From contig JACPHV010000002.1 of assembly GCA_016188385.1 (NCBI GenBank), forward strand, positions 101,682 to 165,681: a DNA stretch of 64,000 nucleotides. The letters run 5' to 3'. A program made the position numbers and the translations under genes. Source of the stretch: Candidatus Uhrbacteria bacterium. GTDB taxonomy: Bacteria; Patescibacteriota; Patescibacteriia; JACQRZ01. The notes under the pieces are model-generated. The model did not search any database. It saw only the letters and a list, made by a program, of their open reading frames with translations, and was not told the DNA's origin. Below are positions 19,033 to 28,793 of this stretch, piece after piece (within the stretch, counting starts at the first letter, position 1; every line of letters begins with the position of its first letter).

Positions 19033-20088
19033 TTAATAGGGATAATCACCGCCCTGTAATCGATAATCGGGGAATAACTCATCTTCATTCAAATCGCTTG
19101 GCACAGCAGGCGATGTATCGAACTTGTTGAATAACGAATTCAGTTTTTCAAGATTTTCTTCCGTGTTGGCTATGAGCGGCAGTATAAATTTGGCCGATTC
19201 CACAGTGAAGGCGTCAGAAATTCTCTTTTGGGAATCTTGGCTCATCAATCCCCACAGTGTCCCGATTATGATGAGTATAAAACCAAAGATTGACCACGCT
19301 GCGGCGGCGGCTCGTTCAGAGCGAAATGCAATAAATGGCGTCGAACGCTCAACAGCCTCTACATCACGATACTGAAAATATCCGTACGCGATAAAAAAGG
19401 GGAAAGAAAAATATAAGACCACAAGCGAAAGAAACAAAGCAAGTATCCATCCGCCGGGTATTCCCAGAGATAGATAATATATCGCGAGTAAAAAAGTTGT
19501 CATGATAGCCATGGCAGCCGCGTATCTTCCGAACACTTTCATAAAAAGTCCGTGCAATAAATAACGGCTTTTCGCGAGGGTCTCTGTACCGCGCTCCTTT
19601 TCAAACAAGACGATATAGACTGCAAAGTAATACCAGATTGAGAAGAGGATCGGCAAGATTCCGGTAAACGAAGAGCCATACAGCACTAACGCGAGCAGAA
19701 TAGCTATCCAGTAGAGTGACGCAAATCTTTGACGGGCGAGGCCAAACGCCTTCTTGACTGAAATAATCTTGCCGCGCTTGTTATATTCATGCACGAGATA
19801 CGCCGCCGCAGCGAATAGATAACTGTATAGATATCCGAATGCAACCAATATTCCAAGATTGACCAATGAAACGAATGATTGCACAAACTGCGGCTGTTCC
19901 CTCACCAGCGCAGAAAGGATTCCGCTGATAAATAGGTTTGCAAAGCCGCTAGCCGCGATCAATGCGGTAATGCCGGCAAGCTGGCTAAACAACGCTCTGT
20001 AGACGTCGTAGGTGCGCGAAAGAAGCGACCCGACACCGGGTAAATTAACAATCGGTATAAAACCGTTTTGTTTTAATCTCATACGCAT
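19033..20088 (-). CDS. Multi-pass membrane protein, hypothetical
   Basis: About 7 hydrophobic helices, long ORF in line with its neighbours. Confidence 0.75.
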   Translation of the reverse strand: MRMRLKQNGFIPIVNLPGVGSLLSRTYDVYRALFSQLAGITALIAASGFANLFISGILSALVREQPQFVQSFVSLVNLGILVAFGYLYSYLFAAAAYLVHEYNKRGKIISVKKAFGLARQRFASLYWIAILLALVLYGSSFTGILPILFSIWYYFAVYIVLFEKERGTETLAKSRYLLHGLFMKVFGRYAAAMAIMTTFLLAIYYLSLGIPGGWILALFLSLVVLYFSFPFFIAYGYFQYRDVEAVERSTPFIAFRSERAAAAAWSIFGFILIIIGTLWGLMSQDSQKRISDAFTVESAKFILPLIANTEENLEKLNSLFNKFDTSPAVPSDLNEDELFPDYRLQGGDYPY

Positions 20089-20168
20089 GGGTTGTATGAT
20101 TTAATGTTCAAATTGTCGATGTGGAAGGCTGTCGGCTACGCCGCCGTTATTTCTTCAAGTCCTTGACC

Positions 20169-20241
20169 TCCGCCCACCAGGAATCGAACCTGGAACCCCC
20201 AGCTTAAAAGGCTGTTGCTCTGCCGATTGAGCTATGGGCGG
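20169..20241 (-). tRNA. tRNA-Lys(TTT)
   Basis: CCGCCCATAGCTCAATCGGCAGAGCAACAGCCTTTTAAGCTGGGGGTTCCAGGTTCGATTCCTGGTGGGCGGA cloverleaf; CCA not encoded. Confidence 0.93.
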
Positions 20242-20390
20242 ATAGTGCGGGGCGGAGGTCAAGGACGTGCCGGTTGAGCTATGGACGGAACATGCGCTAG
20301 GCGCCGGATCATGGAGTGTGCCAAATAGCGATATAGGATGAATCCATCCTTGATTACTAGTATATTGCTATTGAAAAAAAACATCAAGGG

Positions 20391-20579
20391 ATTTACTGAA
20401 CTATCCGCACATATGGTAACGAAAAGCCTATGCTTTTGGCCGCCTTCAAAGCCCTTCAGCGAAAAAAATCCTCATCGTATCTACGGATACGTTTGCGGTT
20501 TTTTTCGCCTCCAGGACTTTGATTCCGGCTCAAAATCATACATTTTTCTTGTTAACCCATGTATGGATAGTCAGTAAAT
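20391..20579. repeat. Palindromic element family B, copy B1
   Basis: ATTTACTGA/TCAGTAAAT termini; core is the reverse complement of the 37263-37442 core (AATCCTCATCGTA, TGCGGTTTTTT, CGCCTCCAG, CTCAAAATCA, TTTTTCTTGTTAAC). Confidence 0.8.
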
Positions 20580-20666
20580 GCTGGGGATATAGTGTGGACA
20601 GTTATTGACCTTGTCTTCCTGTGAGAATGGGATACAATGAGCTCGCAGAATAATCATTGTTTTTCT

Positions 20667-22067
20667 ATGGCTATCAATCAAGAATTAGTCGAGCGCATCC
20701 CCCCGCATAACATCGAAGCGGAGCAATCATTGCTTGGCGCTCTTCTTATCGACAAAGACGCGATCAATCGGATTGCGGACGCGATCACGCCCGCGGATTT
20801 TTATAAAAACAGCCATGGGATGATATTTGAAGCTATGGTCGAGCTCTATGAAAAACATGAGCCGATCGATCTGCTAAGCCTTGGCAACAGGCTCGATGAA
20901 CGCAAACAGCTTGAAGATATCGGCGGGAGAAGCTATCTCATCGGGCTCGCGCAAGTTGTCCCTACGTCAAGCAACGTAGCGCATTACGCAGGTATTATCC
21001 AAAAAAAAGCAACGCTGCGGCGTCTTCAGACAGTTGCCGCCGGAATCGCTGAATTGTCTTATACAGATAACGATTTAGAAGATCTCCTTGACAAGGCAGA
21101 AGAGCTGGTTTTTTCTGTTTCGCAAAAAGCGAACAAACAAGCGTTCTCTCCATTGAAAGAGATACTTGATGAGGCTTTCGAGCGCATAGATGCGATTCAT
21201 AAAGAAGGCGGGGGGGTGCGCGGTATTCCTACGGGATTTGCGCAGCTTGATAATCTCTTGGCCGGTCTGCAAAAATCCGATCTCATCGTGATCGCGGCAC
21301 GACCAAGCGTAGGCAAGACAAGCCTGGCGCTTGATTTCGCCCGCCGTATTGGGATGCGCGCCAAGAAATCAATCGGCATCTTCAGTCTCGAGATGTCAAA
21401 GGAGCAGCTTGTTGACCGCCTGATTTGTTCCGAGGCTGGCATTGACCTGTGGAAAATGCGCACGGGCAAGCTACAAGATCGCGAGGGTTCGGATGACTTT
21501 GTTCGCATCGGTCATGCAATGAATTCACTTTCTGAAGCAAAGATCTTCATCGATGATTCAGCTTCCGCTAATATTCTCGAGATTAAATCAAAAGCACGGC
21601 GCCTTCAGAGCGAACACGGACTTGATTGCATCATTCTCGACTATTTGCAGCTTATGGAGGGGAAGATGCGATCAGAGGGAAGAGTACAAGAAATTGCTGA
21701 AATCACCCGCGGCCTCAAAGCTATCGCGCGTGAATTAAACATACCGGTTATCGCTCTCTCCCAGCTCTCTCGCCAAGTTGAAATGATTAAACCAGCCATT
21801 CCCCGTTTATCGCATCTGCGAGAGTCCGGAACGATCGAACAAGACGCTGACGTTGTCATTTTCATTTATCGAAAGGCCGCTGACCGCAATTACCGATTCG
21901 AAGAATTGACTGATGAAGAAAAGCATCTAGCTGAAATCATGATAGCCAAACACCGCAATGGTCCAACGGGCACGGTGAAGCTCTACTGGGATGAGAAGCG
22001 CGTAAGTTTTCGCAACCTTGATCAACAGCATCAAGCTGGCGAACCGCTATTCCAAGTGCCATTTTAA
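20667..22067 (+). CDS. dnaB: Replicative DNA helicase
   Basis: PPHNIEAEQSLLG, AARPSVGKT, FSLEMS, DYLQL, LRESGTIEQDAD, KHRNGPTG; no intein. Confidence 0.97.
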   Translation: MAINQELVERIPPHNIEAEQSLLGALLIDKDAINRIADAITPADFYKNSHGMIFEAMVELYEKHEPIDLLSLGNRLDERKQLEDIGGRSYLIGLAQVVPTSSNVAHYAGIIQKKATLRRLQTVAAGIAELSYTDNDLEDLLDKAEELVFSVSQKANKQAFSPLKEILDEAFERIDAIHKEGGGVRGIPTGFAQLDNLLAGLQKSDLIVIAARPSVGKTSLALDFARRIGMRAKKSIGIFSLEMSKEQLVDRLICSEAGIDLWKMRTGKLQDREGSDDFVRIGHAMNSLSEAKIFIDDSASANILEIKSKARRLQSEHGLDCIILDYLQLMEGKMRSEGRVQEIAEITRGLKAIARELNIPVIALSQLSRQVEMIKPAIPRLSHLRESGTIEQDADVVIFIYRKAADRNYRFEELTDEEKHLAEIMIAKHRNGPTGTVKLYWDEKRVSFRNLDQQHQAGEPLFQVPF

Positions 22068-22118
22068 GGGATTATGAATACCAAAAGCGACCATATCTAT
22101 ACATGAGGACCGCAATCA

Positions 22119-22721
22119 ATGTCATATCCGCATTCAATACAAAATTTGATTGACTATTTTACGAAATTCCCGGGAATAGGAGAAAAGACCGCGCAACGAT
22201 TCGTATTTTTTTTATTGCGCCAACCTCAACAAGAGTTAATCCGGTTCGCAAAACTTATCATGAATCTACCCGACGCGATCACGCTATGCCGCGTATGCTA
22301 TAACTATACGGAAAAAAATCCATGCGCCATCTGCTCGGCCGCAAGAGACAAAAGCATGTTATGCGTAGTCTCGCATAGCCATGATCTAAGCGCGGTGGAA
22401 CGCACAGGAGCATATCACGGATTCTATCACGTGCTTGGGGGTACGCTTAATATTCTCGATGGCATTACGCCGGATAAACTCCGATTCAAGGAGCTTATCG
22501 AACGCATCGCGGCGCCGGATATAAAAATACAGGAATTAATATTAGCATTTAATCCTGACCTTGAAGGAGAAAGCACTGTTCTGTATTTATCCAAACTGTT
22601 AAAGTCGTACAAAGTACGCGTTACCAAATTGGCGCGGGGCTTGCCGCGAGGCGCCGATATCGAATACGCCGATGATGTCACTTTGTCTGAAGCTCTACGA
22701 GCACGAAAAGATGTTTTTTAG
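22119..22721 (+). CDS. recR: Recombination mediator RecR
   Basis: PGIGEKTAQR, C4 zinc finger, YHVLGG, EGESTVLY, EYADDVTL. Confidence 0.96.
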   Translation: MSYPHSIQNLIDYFTKFPGIGEKTAQRFVFFLLRQPQQELIRFAKLIMNLPDAITLCRVCYNYTEKNPCAICSAARDKSMLCVVSHSHDLSAVERTGAYHGFYHVLGGTLNILDGITPDKLRFKELIERIAAPDIKIQELILAFNPDLEGESTVLYLSKLLKSYKVRVTKLARGLPRGADIEYADDVTLSEALRARKDVF

Positions 22722-22771
22722 CAGATACTTTTGTAATTCGCTCCGTTTCCGAATGTCAATTCCTAACAGGT

Positions 22772-23086
22772 TTAGGAAATCGCGGTAATCCGTACTTTTG
22801 TATATTCTTGACGATGGCCCCTTTTTCTGCGATAACGCACTTTTGGCTTAAACTTCACCACGGTCACTTTTTTTGCCCTGCCTTGTTCAACGATGATCGC
22901 TTTTACCGATGTTCCGGATAGAAATGGCGCGCCAAGCTGGATCTCATTACCGTCTTGGGATGCAATCAAAAGCACTTCTTCGAATGAGACATCTTCTCCG
23001 ACGGCGCCGGAGAGTTTCTCCACTTTAAGATCATCCCCTTCCTTCACGAGATATTGTTTGCCTCCTGTTTTTATTACCGCGTACAT
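22772..23086 (-). CDS. rplU: 50S ribosomal protein L21
   Basis: MYAVIKTGGKQY, GHRQEYT. Confidence 0.98.
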   Translation of the reverse strand: MYAVIKTGGKQYLVKEGDDLKVEKLSGAVGEDVSFEEVLLIASQDGNEIQLGAPFLSGTSVKAIIVEQGRAKKVTVVKFKPKVRYRRKRGHRQEYTKVRITAIS

Positions 23087-23112
23087 AGATCAATCATATG
23101 TATGATGAGCGC

Positions 23113-23141
23113 ATTATGCCAGATACTTTTTTATCTGTCAA
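23113..23141 (-). promoter_or_regulatory. Sigma70-type promoter for rplU
   Basis: TTGACA-17 nt-CATAAT on the minus strand. Confidence 0.7.
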
Positions 23142-23202
23142 CATGCATGACCGCGCTCCTCTTACGCAAAGCTGTTGATATCCGAAAGGATCTTTAGTTG
23201 TA

Positions 23203-23742
23203 CTACGCGGCTTTTTTTTGCTGCTGAATAGGACGAGTCGCCTCGCCCGTTTCTATTGGCAATGATTTCTTCACAAAATCGGTAAGCAATACCTTGACAA
23301 AAATCTCACCTGACGGCATATGCGACAATTGCCTTCTATCAAGTCGCGCGTCCGTCATCATTGACTGGACTACCTCGTTCATGCCTATCTTTCCACTGAT
23401 GATCTTCTCTTGCGCGTTCTTAATCCGCAGATAAAGCATATCCGTTAATAAGGAGCGGACCGTATCATCCTGCACGTTGAATTTCTCCTTAAACCCAGTT
23501 TCAATATTCTGATGCAATTCTTCCTGTCCTTTGTCGGCGCTTCGTGCCTCTGTTACGCTTTCGAGCGCAGAGTGCAAATCAGTTATTTCATCGCGATATT
23601 TCGGAAAAAAAGTCGCCATATCCTTGAGATGTTTGGCGCGAGCGGTAGGATCTTGCTTCTGAAACGCTTCCCCTAATTGTTTTACTGTCTCAAGAAAATA
23701 TGCTGTTGCCTGCTCTTGTTCGACACGTGAAATTTGTTCCAT
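23203..23742 (-). CDS. Hypothetical helical protein
   Basis: ATG at 23742 just after the wecA-like stop; no recognisable motif. Confidence 0.6.
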   Translation of the reverse strand: MEQISRVEQEQATAYFLETVKQLGEAFQKQDPTARAKHLKDMATFFPKYRDEITDLHSALESVTEARSADKGQEELHQNIETGFKEKFNVQDDTVRSLLTDMLYLRIKNAQEKIISGKIGMNEVVQSMMTDARLDRRQLSHMPSGEIFVKVLLTDFVKKSLPIETGEATRPIQQQKKAA

Positions 23743-23759
23743 ATCCGATTGAATAATAG

Positions 23760-24845
23760 TTAAGCGCTCTGTTGTCTGCGGTAGAGGAGAAATCCGCATA
23801 CCACCATGAGAGCAACGACTACTCCGAGCGCCATCAATTTTTCAGCGCTCTGCAAAAAAAGCCCCGCGATTCCGAAACTCGCTGAAAAAAAATAGAGTGC
23901 CAAAACAGCGGATCGATGGGAAAAACCGGCATCCAACAGCCGAAAATGCAGATGCTTTCGGTCGCCAACAAATGGCGAACGCTTCTCGACTATGACCCTC
24001 CTGGCAAGAACCCATGCGACATCAAGGATCGGAATACCAAGGATCAATAACAGGGTTGCGAATTTCGCTCCGGAGATGATCGCTATCACGCCGAGCATAT
24101 ACCCTGCCAATGTGCTGCCCGCTTCTCCAAGAAAAATCTTCGCGGGATGGAAATTCATAATCAAGAAACCGGCGAATGCTCCCGCGATTATCAGAGAGAG
24201 CACTGCCGTGGGCATATTCACAAAAAATACTATGCTGACAAGAGAGATGATCACGGCTCCGATTACCGTAATTCCGCTTACAAGGCCGTCCAAGCCATCC
24301 AGCAGCTTTGTGGTATACATCATTCCCATGAGCCACATGAATGTAATCAAATCCGCCCAAACCGTAACAAAGCGCGGCAAATCATTCCACCAAAACAACA
24401 GGATATTCCATTGATCAAGACGGATAACTCCTCCAAATGGATTTGTGATCACGTCTACACCGATACCAAAAGAAATTACCACTATCGCGGCGAAGATTGG
24501 CGCGAGGATTTGATACCGCGGACGCAGTGAGTAGATATCGTCCAACATCCCGCCCAGAACAAGGATACCTCCGCCAAGCAGAATACCAAAAAGATGCTTC
24601 CCATGAACATGGGCATCGGTTATAGCGATCCATGAGTCAGGGCTCAAGAGATAATACAGTACGATGCTTACGGTACACGCCGCATAAATAGCAAGACCGC
24701 CAAGCAGCGGGGTAGGTTGTGTATGCAGCTTACGGCCGCCTATCGGCGCATCAACGATCGCGTAGCGAAGGGCTATACGGCGAATGACACCTGTGAACAC
24801 TACACTGATCAATACCACCGCGCCTGCAAGCGCAACAAAGGTCAT
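23760..24845 (-). CDS. MraY/WecA-family undecaprenyl-phosphate GlcNAc-1-phosphate transferase
   Basis: [48 protein letters not shown]; many TM helices. Confidence 0.92.
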   Translation of the reverse strand: MTFVALAGAVVLISVVFTGVIRRIALRYAIVDAPIGGRKLHTQPTPLLGGLAIYAACTVSIVLYYLLSPDSWIAITDAHVHGKHLFGILLGGGILVLGGMLDDIYSLRPRYQILAPIFAAIVVISFGIGVDVITNPFGGVIRLDQWNILLFWWNDLPRFVTVWADLITFMWLMGMMYTTKLLDGLDGLVSGITVIGAVIISLVSIVFFVNMPTAVLSLIIAGAFAGFLIMNFHPAKIFLGEAGSTLAGYMLGVIAIISGAKFATLLLILGIPILDVAWVLARRVIVEKRSPFVGDRKHLHFRLLDAGFSHRSAVLALYFFSASFGIAGLFLQSAEKLMALGVVVALMVVCGFLLYRRQQSA

Positions 24846-26281
24846 AGGGGTATTACATTCGTGCCTTCGGAAGTATCCTCAACTCGATATCCCCGCTTCT
24901 CAATCTTGACGCGAAGCATATCGGAACGCTTCCAGTCCTTATGCTCGCGAGCCTCGTTTCTCTGTTTGACGAGCGAGGAGATGCCAGCCGGCAATGCTTT
25001 TGCGCCGTACTTTTCAATCCCAAAACCAAAAACGGCATCCCATTTCAGCAATGTGCGATGAAGCGATTGATAATCCCCTGCTCTGTACGTCTCGCGCATC
25101 CCATGAATACGCTTGAGGAATGTAAAAAGAATCGCAAGTGTTTTCGGCATATTAAGATCATCCGCGAGCGCTGCGTCGAATTTGTCATCATACTCAACGC
25201 GAAATTCAGCCGTTCCTGCACTCTCGGAACCCTTTGGCGCGTTGCGTGCGGCATGAGTGAGTGATTTTATATCGCGTACAAGATTTGACATTCCCTCATG
25301 TGCTTGGGCAAGCGCGTCCCAAGAGAACGACAGCTTCTGCCGGTAGTGTGCGGAATAGCAAAAAAAACGATAATCCATCGGAGAAAATCCCCGATCCTTT
25401 ATATCTCGCATCGTGATAAAATTGCCGGCTGATTTTCCCATGCGCATTTTATCAATGACAAGAAACTCCGCGTGCATCCAATAGCGAGCCATTCTTTTGC
25501 CGGCCGCTGCCTCGCTTTGAGCGATTTCGTTCGTATGGTGGATCGGTATATGATCGATTCCGCCCGTATGAATGTCGAAAGGCTGGCCGAGATATTTCGT
25601 TGACATTGCCGAACATTCAATGTGCCAGCCGGGAAATCCGATTCCCCAAGGACTTTTCCATTCCATTTCTCGTTTTTCTCCCTTATCCGAAGATGGAGAA
25701 AATTTCCATAGAGCAAAATCCCATGGATTGCGTTTTTCTTTATTCTCCTTCACGCGCGCGCCTGCTTTTTGGTCGGAAAGATTCAGACGAGCGAGTTTCG
25801 GGTAATCTTTGAAATGCGAAGTATTAAAATAGATACCATCGCTTATGCGGTATGTATATCCCTTCTTCTCCAATATTTCTATGAGCTGAATCTGCTCCTC
25901 GATATGATCGGTTGCTTTGGACCAAACAGACGGAGGGATAATGTTTAATTCAGTAATTGTCTCCTGAAAAACTTTTGTATAATACGCCGCGATGTCCCAT
26001 ACGCTTTTTTTCTCCTTGAGCGCGGCGAGAAGAAGCTTATCTTCCCCGATATCAGCATCAGAAGTCAAATGTCCGACGTCGGTAATATTCATGACATGCT
26101 TGACGCGGTATCCAAAGTACATGAGAGATCGTTTCAGCGTGTCGACAAACAGATAGGTGCGCAGATTTCCGATATGAGCGTAGTTGTATACGGTCGGACC
26201 GCACGAGTAGAGTCCGACCGCTTTTCCTTTCAACGGACGAAAAACCTCCTTCTTCCGAGTGAGCGTATTGAAAAGCTTCAT
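24842..26281 (-). CDS. cysS: Cysteine--tRNA ligase
   Basis: [44 protein letters not shown]. Confidence 0.97.
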   Translation of the reverse strand: MKLFNTLTRKKEVFRPLKGKAVGLYSCGPTVYNYAHIGNLRTYLFVDTLKRSLMYFGYRVKHVMNITDVGHLTSDADIGEDKLLLAALKEKKSVWDIAAYYTKVFQETITELNIIPPSVWSKATDHIEEQIQLIEILEKKGYTYRISDGIYFNTSHFKDYPKLARLNLSDQKAGARVKENKEKRNPWDFALWKFSPSSDKGEKREMEWKSPWGIGFPGWHIECSAMSTKYLGQPFDIHTGGIDHIPIHHTNEIAQSEAAAGKRMARYWMHAEFLVIDKMRMGKSAGNFITMRDIKDRGFSPMDYRFFCYSAHYRQKLSFSWDALAQAHEGMSNLVRDIKSLTHAARNAPKGSESAGTAEFRVEYDDKFDAALADDLNMPKTLAILFTFLKRIHGMRETYRAGDYQSLHRTLLKWDAVFGFGIEKYGAKALPAGISSLVKQRNEAREHKDWKRSDMLRVKIEKRGYRVEDTSEGTNVIPL

Positions 26282-26317
26282 GCCCTGCATATATGTATCA
26301 TTGCCGTTCCCATACGT

Positions 26318-26932
26318 TCACTTGTACCATTTTGATTTTGGCTTTGCAAGAAACGATTGGTAATCCTCCAATAGATAACGCAATGGACGAGATGCCCATT
26401 CGCGCCCGGCATAGTCAATATTGATTCGCGGCGTGCGGTTGATTCTGCGAGCGAGCTCTCCCTTGCCTGTTTGAATCCAAATTTCTTTTCCCTTTGTGAT
26501 ATCGTATCCATACTGTTCGCCTGACAATCCAAGCCATCTGCATACCTTGCCGGGACCGTTGGTCAATTGTATTCGTTCTCGATTCGAAAGCCGGGTATCA
26601 TGACCGACAGTCGGATTGATTGCGCGTATGAGCACGCATGACGGCCATCCCTCCTTGCCGGTGGAGATATTGCACTGCCAATACATCCCGTACACGAGGT
26701 AAATATAGATATGGCCTCCGATCAAAAATTCTGCTTGATTGCGCGCGGTCCGCTTTCCTTGATAAGCATGCGACGCCTTGTCTTGAGGTCCGGGATAACT
26801 CTCGGTTTCAATTATTACTCCCCCGCGCACCGTACCTTGCGATGTGCAAAAAATCGTCATGCCGAGCAGAAGCCGCGCTACACTGCGTGATTGCAGGAGA
26901 AAAAATGCTCGGTCCGCCGTTCCCGACCCCAT
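26318..26932 (-). CDS. DNA-3-methyladenine glycosylase (MPG/AAG family)
   Basis: IIETESY, YIYLVYGMY, VLIRA, NGPGKVC, PRINI. Confidence 0.9.
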   Translation of the reverse strand: MGSGTADRAFFLLQSRSVARLLLGMTIFCTSQGTVRGGVIIETESYPGPQDKASHAYQGKRTARNQAEFLIGGHIYIYLVYGMYWQCNISTGKEGWPSCVLIRAINPTVGHDTRLSNRERIQLTNGPGKVCRWLGLSGEQYGYDITKGKEIWIQTGKGELARRINRTPRINIDYAGREWASRPLRYLLEDYQSFLAKPKSKWYK

Positions 26933-26939
26933 ACCATTC

Positions 26940-28793
26940 TTATCGATTGACGAGAACTGTGCCGCCCGTAACAGTATCCTTCGCATGAACGATTACGGAA
27001 GGCAAGGCGGACGAAAGATCGCCTTCAACCGTAAAACGGGCGGATACCGCTCTTACGCCCTCCGGCAAACGATTGATTGACCAAACCACCTCCCGCGTAT
27101 CTGGCATATAACGAATTTCTCCCGCTGAAACAAAAGTCTGTGAAGACCACATCGCGGCGGGTGACAGCACTGTTTTTACGGTGATTCCAGAGAGCGCGTG
27201 GCGCGTATTTTCCAAACTCCACTCAAACGTCGTTGCGGTAACGGGATCGCTTCTCACATCGTGCCTCAACGCGAGAGAAGTGTCTGAATCGAATTGAATC
27301 GTTATTGTTTTTTCCGCTACCGTCCTTGAAAGCATTTCCTTTTCGCCCGCCGAAGAAAGTATTCCTCCGATTTCTGCTGAAAATCGAATCGGAATAGTAT
27401 CCGGTACATTGCTCAAAGCACCCTGTTCATAGAGCGATCGATACGTGATCGGATCAAGAGTCCGCACGCGAATACTCACAGCTCCCTTTTCTCCTGGAGC
27501 CAATGCCGCGAGGATAGGCACCGCTTCCGATGTAATATCTGCTGACACGCCATGTTCGGCATCCAAGACAATCTGCCGCGGCTCTTGCATCGGACTGTCA
27601 AAGGGTACCGGCAAAAGATAAGGACTGGCGGGAATCACGATACGCACAGCCGTATCCAAAAAAGTTTTTGTGCCCTTATTCTCGAATTCGATTCCGATCG
27701 TATGCGTGGCATTGTCTCCTGTTTGCGTAAAAGGAAGGGATACGCCATCGGATCCGTCGATCAACAAACGCAATGAGAGATTTTTCTCCTCCGGAGCCAC
27801 AACCTGCGGGACGAACAGTGTCTCGTCAAGTACGATAAATTCAATATCGCTTTCATATCCGATGGACGCGGTAATTCCATTCCCGGCATCTGGTGTCGCG
27901 GAAAAACCGCCGGTGAGCGTGATGATCCTCGTATCCGGATTATTCGAGTCGCGAGAATTCTCCAACTCGCTCAAATCCCATATGAATCCCGCGGATGATG
28001 GTTGCGGGACCGCGCTAACGTTCTGGAGAACAGGCGGTACGATCACGCGGAGTTTTAACGGCCGGACTACGGACAAGTCAGGTACGGTGTAGCGCTCGGC
28101 GCTTTCATGGTATTTGATTTGATACGTTCCTGTCTTGCCTTGTTCCACAGTATGCGGTCCTTCAATACGGAGACGGAACGGCGAGCGCTTCACGAGCACC
28201 GACGCGCTTGCTTGAGCCTTGAATTCCGATGACAGATTCACCGGCTGATAATAGACCAATGCCTCGAATTCTTTTTCTGATTCATCCTCCGATACCATCC
28301 TTCCTTGAATTGCCAGATCTATCTGCTCATTACTTTTCAGCACGCCCAACTCCCAATATGTATGCTGTTCATTTTTCGGCAAGACAGGACTGGCATCAAT
28401 GTAATGGAACCCATCGGGAAATGTCATGGACGCGCTTAGTCGATCAATGGGATTGGCGCCTACATTTTTTATCGTCAGAGTTGCGGTAACAGTGCCGTTG
28501 GCCACCACAGAATCTCGATCCAGATCAAACCGAACATCAATAAATCGATTGTCGCTTGTGCCAAAAGTTTTGATGATATTGATATCTCCGCCGTTCATAT
28601 ATTGGTAGCCGATCCATGCTGCTCCGGCAAGCAATGCAAAAAGCAGGAGCGCGGCTATCGCGAGAAGCGGAGGAATCGTACGCGGAGCGCCCTCAAGGAT
28701 GGTCATGTCGCGATCTGGAGTCGCGTATGACTCATAAAAGGCTCGCAATGGATCATGCGATTGCCGCTTCTTTCTATCAGTCTTGTTGTTCAT
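26940..28793 (-). CDS. Membrane-anchored beta-rich (DUF11-like) hypothetical protein
   Basis: Single N-terminal TM, repeated Ig-like strands (IKNVG..., FPDGF..., WELG). Confidence 0.65.
   Translation of the reverse strand: MNNKTDRKKRQSHDPLRAFYESYATPDRDMTILEGAPRTIPPLLAIAALLLFALLAGAAWIGYQYMNGGDINIIKTFGTSDNRFIDVRFDLDRDSVVANGTVTATLTIKNVGANPIDRLSASMTFPDGFHYIDASPVLPKNEQHTYWELGVLKSNEQIDLAIQGRMVSEDESEKEFEALVYYQPVNLSSEFKAQASASVLVKRSPFRLRIEGPHTVEQGKTGTYQIKYHESAERYTVPDLSVVRPLKLRVIVPPVLQNVSAVPQPSSAGFIWDLSELENSRDSNNPDTRIITLTGGFSATPDAGNGITASIGYESDIEFIVLDETLFVPQVVAPEEKNLSLRLLIDGSDGVSLPFTQTGDNATHTIGIEFENKGTKTFLDTAVRIVIPASPYLLPVPFDSPMQEPRQIVLDAEHGVSADITSEAVPILAALAPGEKGAVSIRVRTLDPITYRSLYEQGALSNVPDTIPIRFSAEIGGILSSAGEKEMLSRTVAEKTITIQFDSDTSLALRHDVRSDPVTATTFEWSLENTRHALSGITVKTVLSPAAMWSSQTFVSAGEIRYMPDTREVVWSINRLPEGVRAVSARFTVEGDLSSALPSVIVHAKDTVTGGTVLVNR

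Noticed and set aside
20401-20600. DnaA-box-like 9-mers upstream of dnaB suggesting oriC
   Set aside because: All are mismatched, two belong to the family B stem, and there is no dnaA gene or AT-rich unwinding element
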